Positions 55,051 to 64,000 of a DNA stretch of 64,000 nucleotides are shown piece by piece. Source of the stretch: a virus (Duplodnaviria > Caudoviricetes); the IMG/VR virus record IMGVR_UViG_2645727545_000002, positions 32,001-96,000 of that record. One strand, given 5' to 3'. Below the pieces are notes generated by a model that saw only the letters and a list, made by a program, of their open reading frames with translations, had not been told where the DNA came from and did no database searches. How positions within the stretch are numbered: position 1 is the stretch's first letter; each line of letters starts with the position of its first letter. A program made the position numbers and the translations under genes.

Positions 55051-55849
55051 GTTTTTTATTATTAAAAATTTTCACCAAAAATCCGAACTTGTCCAGAAAT
55101 CCATGAATTTGAGTCTAAAATCCCACCTGATGCAATGTTTCATTGCTACGTAAAAGACACACACAAAAATCAACAGATTGTCCATAAAATCTCTATATAC
55201 CGCCCCCTGTTTTCAGATCTTTACAATCAAAACTTTTGCACTTTTCATCAATGTGCCAAAAGTCCCTAAAGCAACATAATAGTGTAGTATTATGCCATTC
55301 CATAATAGGGGCGGTATTAAACATTTTTGACGTATGTTATGCATCAAATATAGCAGGTATGGGTTCTATCCACACCTCACTACCAAAATTTCGACCTCCG
55401 ATTTCCACACCAAAATTTTCATCTCCCACTTCAAAAAAACTCAAAAATTACCAAAAAATACTTCGGTAACTCTCTCGACTAACAAGGCATAAACACTGCA
55501 TTTCTACCATTCTAAACAGTCCAAAAATAACCAAAATCCACCACAATATCCATTCAAACCCCAAACAAACTCTTGCCGTTACTGCATTTTCCCGAACTCA
55601 ACTTATATTCCAAAAAATTACATATAAAACACACTATCAAAATCCAGAAAACCACGTCGCCTTATCCCTCAGTGTACCCACATAAATACTGGCATCCCCC
55701 GGTATAAAAACATTACACAAAATTACCTCTCTACCGAAGTGCCATATTTTCAAAATTACTGACACAAAAAATAAGCAGCCAATTCCTAAGATAAGTCCTT
55801 AAAAACCAACTGCTATTATTCATAATCACCCTATAATCATCCAATACCT

Positions 55850-56278
55850 TCAATAATATTTATTAAATATATCCCCATCTATATCACTAATATCATGAAC
55901 CGGTACCTCAGTTCCATTTTCAAATATTACAACATTTCTGTATTCGTGTACCTTCTTCACTCTCCCACTCATTGTAATATACTTTCCACCATCTTTCTTT
56001 AAATCTTTTTCAAAATATGTGATTCTAACATCCGGATCAACATCGCCGTCATCTAAACATTTTCTTAAAATACTCACTCTCTCATTCAGTCTATTCAAAA
56101 CATCCTCATCAAATTCAATCCTTTTATCTGTTAATCTTGCAGTCTCTTTAATTTCTGCATCATAACCTGTCAATGCAGCAAATGGAGAAAATTGAGCAGC
56201 TCTATCTCGCATACTCATTTGAGGATATTTTTTAGAGACAAAATGTGGCAAATCAATAATATCATCGTATTTACCCAT
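55850..56278 (-). CDS. YolD-like protein
   Basis: KYDDIIDLPH..MSMRDRAAQFSPFAALTG; downstream of UmuC-like gene. Confidence 0.85.
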   Translation of the reverse strand: MGKYDDIIDLPHFVSKKYPQMSMRDRAAQFSPFAALTGYDAEIKETARLTDKRIEFDEDVLNRLNERVSILRKCLDDGDVDPDVRITYFEKDLKKDGGKYITMSGRVKKVHEYRNVVIFENGTEVPVHDISDIDGDIFNKYY

Positions 56279-56287
56279 AACACACTC

Positions 56288-57818
56288 CTATGCTTTATGC
56301 CCACCAATTTGATTATTCCTATCTATTGCAGTAGCTCCTTCCTGTAAGCTCATACCTTTTAAAATTGCATTCTTCCCAAATTTTTTTCTTTATGTCTAAA
56401 ACAGCTTTTTGTATATCTTTTTCTTTCTGAAGTTTCTCCTGGTCAACTTTCTTTTCATCAGATTCAATCATATCAAACAAATTGATCTGTTCATATCTAT
56501 CTTGCTTTGCCTCCTTTTCATTGATCACATGATTTGCTGACATATTAATTCTTCTAACAAGTAAATCTTCATCCACAATTCTATTAAATAAATCAAGCAC
56601 TGCTCTTACAATCACATTAGTAGACGATGTATAGCTGTCTAAGTTTATTGTACCATGTGCATGTTTTGGAATTTTTCTTCCGTATTGATCAATAGAATAC
56701 TCCCCTTTATAATTTCTCATCCTCACAGGATCCATTAAATTTTCTCTATCATACCCTACTGTCAATACAATCTGATCTGTTACAAGATTTTTGCTCACCA
56801 AATCTAAAACCAACATTTCCGTCATTTCACGCACAATAATTTTCGTTTTATCAAAATCGGTTCCACAGTGTAGAATTTGTCCACTTCCTATGCTATTATT
56901 GTCTGGTTTATAGTTCTTAATATCTGTAATTGTAACAGGCTCCCATCCCCAAGCATGATCAATCAAAAGTTCTGTATTCTTGCCAAACATTCTACGCAGC
57001 AAACCTTCATTATAATAATCCTCCTCTTTTCCAAGAGAACATCTTGCAATATCTCCCATTGTATATAACCCAACAGATTCCAACTTTTTTGTATATCCTC
57101 TTCCAATACGCCAAAAATCTGTCAATGGTTTGTGCTCCCACAATTGTTTTCTGTAAGATATTTCGTCCAGTTCTGCAATTCTTACACCGTGTTCATCAGC
57201 AGGAATATGCTTTGCTACAACATCCATTGCAATCTTAGCCAAATACAAATTCGTTCCAATACCTGCGGTCGCTGTAATTCCTGTTTCATGCAGCACATCC
57301 AGTATAATTTTCTGTACCAATTCTTTTGCAGATAACCCATACGTATTTAAATAAGAAGTTGCATCTATAAACACTTCATCAATAGAATATACATGGATAT
57401 CTTCTGGAGCAATATATTTTAAATAAACATTATAGATTCTGGTACTGTATTCCATGTAAAACGACATTCTAGGAGGAGCTACAATATAATCAAGTTTTAG
57501 ATTTAAATCATCATCCAATTCTTTCTTATTATAGGAGAAATCAGAGAATTCACGCTTTCTTAAGTTATACAATCTTGTAGCATTGATTTCTCTTACACGT
57601 TGCACAACTTCAAATAGTCTTGGTCTTCCGGATACACCATATGATTTTAAAGACGGAGTTACTGCAAGACAAATTGTTTTCTCTGTTCTGCTATTATCAG
57701 CAACAACTAGATTTGTTGTCAATGGATCAAGTCCACGTTCTATACACTCTACTGATGCATAAAAGCTTTTCAAATCAATTGCAATATATGTCCTATTCAC
57801 GACAATAACTCCTTCCAT
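56288..57818 (-). CDS. Y-family (UmuC/UvrX-like) error-prone DNA polymerase; C-terminal shift
   Basis: IDLKSFYASVE, YSIDE, GIGTNLYLAKIAMD, FWRIG; shifted frame ends RNNQIGGHKA. Confidence 0.92.
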
Positions 57819-58128
57819 TTTTCTTTCTTAATATTTATGATACCAGAAAGCTATAAATTTATCCACAACAAAATCGAAGTATGTTCAGTATTGTTATAAA
57901 ACGTTTTCAATGGTAAATTTCGATTTTATGTTGTTACTCTATAAAGTGTCCACATTATTATACAAAATTGATTTTATATATTAAAAACATGTTTTTACTC
58001 AACAGATTACATATATAAAATTTTCTTGCCTATGTGGAACGCATGAGTGAATAAGTATATGCACCTAGAAAACAGCAAATTATTCAGTTATAATAGACGA
58101 TATAAAATATTATGACTGGAGGAATACG

Positions 58129-58866
58129 ATGGAGGAATTATACGATTTTATGGTTTGGGGAGATTATGATGCTAAAATAGAATATTTAGCAAATATGACA
58201 GATGAAAACTGGAATTTTCATGGAAAAACAAATAACCTTATTTTGAAAAATTACTTAAAGTATACCACAAAAAAATTAGAAGAAGAAAATAAGATTATGA
58301 CAACAGACAACCACTGTATTATCAACACAGGATTATTTACACCATATTATGAGCCGATATATATTTATGCTGAAAAAAATTTGTCTGATAGTAAACAAGA
58401 TTGGTGGTTTAAATCATTTTCCACATCTTATGATTTAGGAAATCTTGGTATCACAGAATTACCGGAAAGAGCAAATTACTTTCAGGATCCGTCACAACTT
58501 GTATTTGATGTAAACTGTAAAATTAACGTGCAGTTTAAGCACATTTATGATGATGAAGATAATAGAAACAGAATTCCGAAAGAAATCGTTAATAGCAAAA
58601 ATATTCATTCTATATTTAAAGGTGCTATTGATACAATGGTGAAGAAAGTAACAGCAAACTATAAAATAGCGGTTCCACAATACTTTAACGGCAAAATACA
58701 ATTACTTCTTCCTCTATGTTTAGTAGATGAATCCATTCCTGATTTGGCTCTTGTTGTTACAAAAGTCAATAATGTATATCAAGGTCATACCTGTCTTACG
58801 ATGGAAATGGCTTACAACAATGCTAGACTGATTGCAAAACCAGAAAGTAACTGGTTAGTTCCTTAA
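58129..58866 (+). CDS. DUF3825-domain protein
   Basis: ILKNYL.YT, NTGL, VPQYF..IQLLLPL, LTMEMAYNNARLI. Confidence 0.8.
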   Translation: MEELYDFMVWGDYDAKIEYLANMTDENWNFHGKTNNLILKNYLKYTTKKLEEENKIMTTDNHCIINTGLFTPYYEPIYIYAEKNLSDSKQDWWFKSFSTSYDLGNLGITELPERANYFQDPSQLVFDVNCKINVQFKHIYDDEDNRNRIPKEIVNSKNIHSIFKGAIDTMVKKVTANYKIAVPQYFNGKIQLLLPLCLVDESIPDLALVVTKVNNVYQGHTCLTMEMAYNNARLIAKPESNWLVP

Positions 58867-58986
58867 ACAAAAAAAGAGAAAGCGGCTGATTTCACGAAGG
58901 GGAGTGAAAACCAAACTGCTTTCTCTTAAGCAACTATGTATTTATAATATCAGATGTTTCGACAAATAACAAGCATTTTCTACAAA

Positions 58987-59484
58987 TTAAAATTCGATGC
59001 TACATTTTAATCTTATTGAAAAATCAATATCAAACACTTTTCTTTCAAGAATAATCCCCTCTAATGGATCAAATTCAATTTTATGTGTCGAATCTTCAAA
59101 CACACCAACTACTTCTGCTTTAATATTTTCTTTTTTAGACAACTGGTTGAGTGTATCCATATATCCATAATAATAATCCTGATCGTATATATTATAATAT
59201 ACTCTCACACGATAATCACCTTGTCGATTAAAAATTCCAACATTCTCCCTATATTCGTATTTCTTATATTTTCCAAATAAATAACTAGATGGATATAAAT
59301 CGTCAGCATAAAATTTCATATATCTTTTTCCGCATATTGTTTCGTAATCTCCATTTTTAGCCTTTTCTCTGATCACATTTTTAATATGATCTATTGTGCT
59401 TATCGCCCATTTCTTTCCATCATTATATGATTCTATCTTCTTTTCTGCAGCAGCTTCTTCCGGTGTTTTTGATATTTCATTCAA
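58987..59484 (-). CDS. Hypothetical protein
   Basis: 165-aa ORF. Confidence 0.55.
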   Translation of the reverse strand: MNEISKTPEEAAAEKKIESYNDGKKWAISTIDHIKNVIREKAKNGDYETICGKRYMKFYADDLYPSSYLFGKYKKYEYRENVGIFNRQGDYRVRVYYNIYDQDYYYGYMDTLNQLSKKENIKAEVVGVFEDSTHKIEFDPLEGIILERKVFDIDFSIRLKCSIEF

Positions 59485-59686
59485 TTCATCTAAAAACTCA
59501 TAGCGCTACTCTCCTACTTCTTTTGATATTTACATAATAACACAACAGTGTAAGTTTTCACAGATATTTTTATATTGATAAGAGAATAAATGTATGAAAT
59601 AAAGAAGCCGTTAAAATATTTTAATAAAAGGAGAAATGATATGAAGAAATTATAAAAAATTTTTTCTATTTCAATTTAAATTGTAT

Positions 59687-60138
59687 CTTTGCGTCAGCAA
59701 AGACTTTGCGAAGCAAAGTGAAACGGAGACACGAAGAAAGGGTCGCTTGCGGCTCTTTCTGAAGTGGATCCAATATTACCTAGATCTCTCTATATATAAG
59801 TAATTACAAATTTATATAAAAATTATTTATAAAGAGAGAATTATTAACTGGGGGAAAGAAGACCAAATTCATAAGTCTTACTACGCAGCTTGTTCGCCAA
59901 GGCTCACAACCAGCTAGTGCGACTAAATGAATTATGATCTTTTTTGCATTTCCCCCAGACCCCCTTTGCGTACTATTTTATGGATAAAAGAGATAATTTT
60001 TTTCAACTAAAATCCTTGTAAACCCTTATAAACACTGGGTTTGTGACGAAAAACATCATTCAAAGTCTCCCTATATTATATATATATTAGGGAGAAATGG
60101 AATGATGCGAAAACTCTGTAAACCTTATAAACACTGGG
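59687..60138. other. Putative replication origin
   Basis: GC hairpins incl. GCGAAGC minihairpin; direct repeats TGTAAAC(C)CTTATAAACACTGGG at 60017 and 60117 flanking an inverted repeat with an AT core. Confidence 0.6.
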
Positions 60139-60195
60139 GAAATTGACATTTTAGGTGTGCAAAAAATGAAAAAAACTAATTTAAGGAGAAAACAC

Positions 60196-61301
60196 ATGAA
60201 CAAATTAAAATATCAAAAAAGGAAAAATTACAGAAAAAAAGTTAGTAGATTTATACGGAAGTGATGCACAAAAAAAATCTTATAAAGAATATGGTAGATT
60301 CATTGGTAACTATAAAAAGACTTTACTTACAAAAATGTCTCGATATTGTAACATTGAAGATTTAGGTGGTAGAACATATAGAATCACAAAAGTATACGAC
60401 TATCCTCTTCCATCAAATTTCAATAAGATGACAAAATCCTTGTATCAATATATTGTACCACTATTACTTACAAATCTGATTAATGGTCACGATGAGAATA
60501 ATAAAATTGATATTACAGTCGGTAAATGGGCTAGAGAAATAAATATGGTAAACAAAAATTACAACCTTGTTAAATACAACAAAGAAGACACTAGTAAAGA
60601 AACACAATGCTCTCTTGATACCATTAATGAATTTTATGACAAAGCAGATGACATGATTGAATGGTACATAACAAATGCACTTGATTATTTAAAATCTGCA
60701 GGATTAGTTATCTGGAGAGAAGTTTATAGAGTAAACGAAGAAATATCAAGCGGTAAAAATATTATTGATGAAAGCGGGAATATACACGTTGATATTTCTA
60801 TTGATAGTCATCAAGCATCTGAAGATGAAATGAACTACTACTCTCATTGTGTTTCAATTGCTGATAAAGCAGCAAAAATAGAAAATGCTGGAGAACGATA
60901 TTATAGCAAAAAATCAAAATTATTTGGAGAAGTATTAAAGAAAGAACTATATAAAAAGAAAAATCAAATGTGTTTTCAAAACATATGAAGCATATTATGT
61001 AGATCTTAATAAATGTAATTTTATATTAAAACAGTTTGGTAAATTCAAAATGAATAATTTAATAAGTGAATTTAATAAAGAGTTTACAGATTTATTGGTT
61101 GGAAATGCAGAAAAAAGGTTTGATAAAAATCCGGATAAATATTTTTCTTATGCGGAAAAGGATGACTACAGCTTATGTTTTCAAAATTTATGCGAAATAA
61201 CGATTGATAAAAATACAGAATATCTTGGAAACAGAATAAGAGAAAAAACAATTGACGATAATTATACCTTAAAAATCACATCATCAAAGAAAGGAAAATA
61301 G
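60196..61301 (+). CDS. Putative replication initiator (split by several shifts)
   Basis: Between origin-like repeats and helicase; ALDYLKSAGLV wHTH-like segment. Confidence 0.45.
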
Positions 61302-61305
61302 ATAT

Positions 61306-63151
61306 ATGAATTTTAATAAACAACAAGAAGAAACTATTAACACAATAGAAGGAAACGTGGCAGTTATTGCATCTGCCGGTTCCGGGAAAACAACTGTTCT
61401 TACGAATAGAATCAAAAAAATGGTTGAAGAACATAATATATTACCATCTTCTATCCTGGCAATTACCTTTAGTAAAAAAGCAAAAGAGAATATAATCGAA
61501 AAACTAATGGGACTTAATATATCGAATGTATCTGTAGAAACTTTTCATTCATTTGCATTGAAGATCATCTCCTCTGTGTATGGAATCAAAAAATTTAAAA
61601 TATGGACAGCTTCATGGGAAAAAGAGAAAACAATAAAATGGATTTGTAGCGACTCTTTGTTACTTTGTGATTCTGATAATGTTCCATACAACGAAATTAC
61701 ATCGTTTATTGCATTGCAGAAAAATAACATGAAAACGCCAAATGATGATTTAATTTACACTCCTGATATCCCATTTAAAGAAGAGGATATGAGACAAATA
61801 TACAAAACTTATGAAGAGTATAAAGAAATCAATTCACTTATTGAGTTTGATGATTTTTTGAACATGGCAAATAAAATTTTTGATACTGATTATTATACTT
61901 TAGAAAAGTATCGAAATATTTTTCAGTATATATTAGTTGATGAATTTCAGGATATTTCAATTTCTCAAGCATTACTTTTAAGAAAATTAAACACAAAAAA
62001 CACAATGATCGTCGGAGATCCTCTTCAGGCTATTTATTCATTTAGAGGTGGTGATAGCAGATTTATTCTAAATTTTGATACTGATTATAAAGATGTAAAA
62101 GTTATTAATCTAAATACAAATTATAGATGTAGCAAAGATATTGTATTTACAGCAAATAAACTTGCGTTAAGTATTCCTGATTCTCAACACAAAAATTATG
62201 TAGAGAGTATTTCAAATAAAGAAAATTTTCAAATTCCTGAGTTAAGACATTTCCCTGATGATTATGAAGAATGTTTATGGGTTGCATCAAAAATAGGAGA
62301 ATTAAAATTTAAAGGATACGATTACAACGACATTGCCATCCTCGCCAGAACAAATGCTCAATTACAAAAACTAGAGTCAACGCTGCATGATGAAGATATA
62401 GCATTTGAAATTGTTGATGGTAAAACTTTTACAGAATTACCAGAGATCAAATTGATAATTTCTTACTTTAAACTTGCGTTAAACACAAATGATAATGAAT
62501 CGTTTTCTTATCTATACAATAAACCAAATCGATGGTTAGATAAAAAATTTTTAAAAAGAAGTAACAGATAACAGTTTTAAAAGAAATATATCATTATACA
62601 ATTCAATGTTCACGATTGATAGGAGAAATTGGAGATTCAAAAAAGGTATCGATGAAATCATTGAAGTAATAAATTATTTACAAAACAATCAGAATTCCAA
62701 CATTTCAGATTTGGTAAGATTTTTGAGAAACAGATTAGACATTGATAAATTTGTTACAAAAGGAAAGCAATCAGATGATGGAAGTTATATTGAACAAATC
62801 GACAACCTTAACAGTTTTGAAAATATTTGTTCCAAATACTCTTCCATTAAAGAATTTGTTTCATACATAGATGAGTTAAATACAGAAATGGAGAATAAAG
62901 ATAATGATAAAGTCAAATTACTTACAATTCATAAGTCAAAAGGTATGGAATATCCTGTCGTGTTTATCATTGGATGCAATGAAGAAATCCTGCCACACTA
63001 TAAGAATGAAAATGTTGATGATGAACGTAGGTTATTCTATGTCGCAATTACAAGAGCCGAAAAAGAATTATATCTATCATATGTTGATTTATATAATGGT
63101 CAAACAAAATTGATAAGCTCTTTTATTAAAGATGTTGAAAATACAAATTAA
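61306..63151 (+). CDS. UvrD/PcrA SF1 helicase (split near 62560)
   Basis: ASAGSGKT, TFH, VDEFQD, VGDPLQAIYSFRG, NYRC, TIHKSKGMEY, EERR-like LFYVAITRA. Confidence 0.93.
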
Positions 63152-63613
63152 AAATTATAAAAAACGAAAAAATAAGTGGTGAATAATAAGTAATCCTACT
63201 TTATGTATTTTGTTTCTAAATGGTGAATTAAAATATGTCCCACATTCAATAAACATCATTTAGGAATTTGTAACTTGAAAATCAAATTTCATTTCATTTA
63301 AAGAAAGGAGTTATGTGAATGAAAACATAATTATATTTTCTATCACATTAGAATTGCAGCGAAGATATCCCTAGAAAATATCTTCCATCGCACAAGTTTT
63401 TGTGGATGTTTCATCCACGGTTGGTTTGGATTATTGCGGTAAGTCAGAATCTAACGTTCCAGACTGCTGCTCTGATCCAAAAGAAATGATGCAATTAGTT
63501 AATAGTCAAATTTAAATAAAGAGAATAAATATATGAAACTTATAGTCATCACTCAATTAAAGGAGCGAGTCCAATGACAAACAAAAATTATGAAAACAGA
63601 GGAGATTTAATTT

Positions 63614-63841
63614 ATGAAAACAAGTACATATGTAACACCAGGAAGCCATAATCTTCAGATTCCAAATCGGAGCGAATTACACAAGTATCTAATTGAAAAC
63701 ATTACAGTTGGTGATTTTAGTACAGGTGGTTGTGCAGATGGTGGAACAAAAATTAAGAAAATTGCACACGCAATCAATTGGTCAAAGGCTATGCATAATA
63801 AATACTATATTAAGAAATTTTCAGAAGAAAATAGAAAATAA
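63614..63841 (+). CDS. Hypothetical protein
   Basis: RBS GAGGAG. Confidence 0.5.
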   Translation: MKTSTYVTPGSHNLQIPNRSELHKYLIENITVGDFSTGGCADGGTKIKKIAHAINWSKAMHNKYYIKKFSEENRK

Positions 63842-63863
63842 GTTTGAAAGTGAGGTCATTACT

Positions 63864-64000
63864 ATTTTAACTTGTAAATTAGGAAACGAAATCATCAATT
63901 GTTATGATGGAACACATGATAAGGAGCAGCTAAAAAAGTGGGCAGAAAAGAAAATTCTACTTTGTACTGTTTGCAATAAACCATACGAATACTGTCATGG
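63864..64000 (+). CDS. CoiA-like protein N-terminus (partial; possible ATT start)
   Basis: LLCTVCNKPYEYCHG zinc motif after RBS GAGGT. Confidence 0.45.
   Translation, partial: MLTCKLGNEIINCYDGTHDKEQLKKWAEKKILLCTVCNKPYEYCH

Noticed and set aside
54795-55469. Short + strand ORFs in the DnaA-box region
   Set aside because: Low-complexity GT- or CA-biased sequence with no convincing RBS or protein-like composition
57875-57887. LexA box upstream of the umuC-like gene (CGAAGTATGTTCA)
   Set aside because: One base short of GAAC-N4-GTTC; plausible by context but not supported as written
1377-63151. More than 15 split genes (terD, both MTases, macrodomain, NAMPT-like, pncA, RT, sigma, mazF, recombinase, beta clamp, umuC, helicase) as pseudogenes or programmed frameshifts
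   Set aside because: Breaks are 1-nt shifts, mostly in A/T homopolymer runs, with motifs intact on both sides; this is typical of long-read or assembly error. Read polishing would settle it
1-64000. CRISPR array or stop-codon reassignment
   Set aside because: No regularly spaced repeat-spacer array was seen; genes read normally in code 11 and breaks are frameshifts, not in-frame stops

Overview
AT-rich segment of a large temperate phage or phage-plasmid of a Clostridia-type (probably Lachnospiraceae-like) host; no virion structural genes are in the window. Positions 1 to about 52.3 kb are an almost entirely leftward early/accessory region. It carries a TerD x3 + Ca-type P-ATPase + PspA-like stress module, two orphan DNA methyltransferases, and a five-gene NAD cluster (nicotinamidase, Prs-like, NAMPT-like, macrodomain, NadE). 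It also carries a tRNA(CAT), a complete diversity-generating retroelement (target-avd-TR-RT) with a second remote target about 19 kb away, a sigma-like factor, an orphan MazF, a HipA-like kinase, a tyrosine recombinase and a beta clamp. About 20 gene junctions carry the same imperfect palindrome (RAAA-N6-TTTYA), suggesting a cassette-like architecture. At 52-56 kb are small HTH/RHH regulators with operators, a DUF4258/YgiT toxin-antitoxin pair and a non-coding DnaA-box cluster. These are followed by a UmuC/YolD mutagenesis pair, a DUF3825 gene, a probable replication origin with initiator, and a UvrD/PcrA helicase. Many genes are split by 1-nt shifts, mostly in homopolymer runs and most likely assembly errors; merged coordinates are given where I could trace them by eye. 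Family names come from motif recognition, not database searches.
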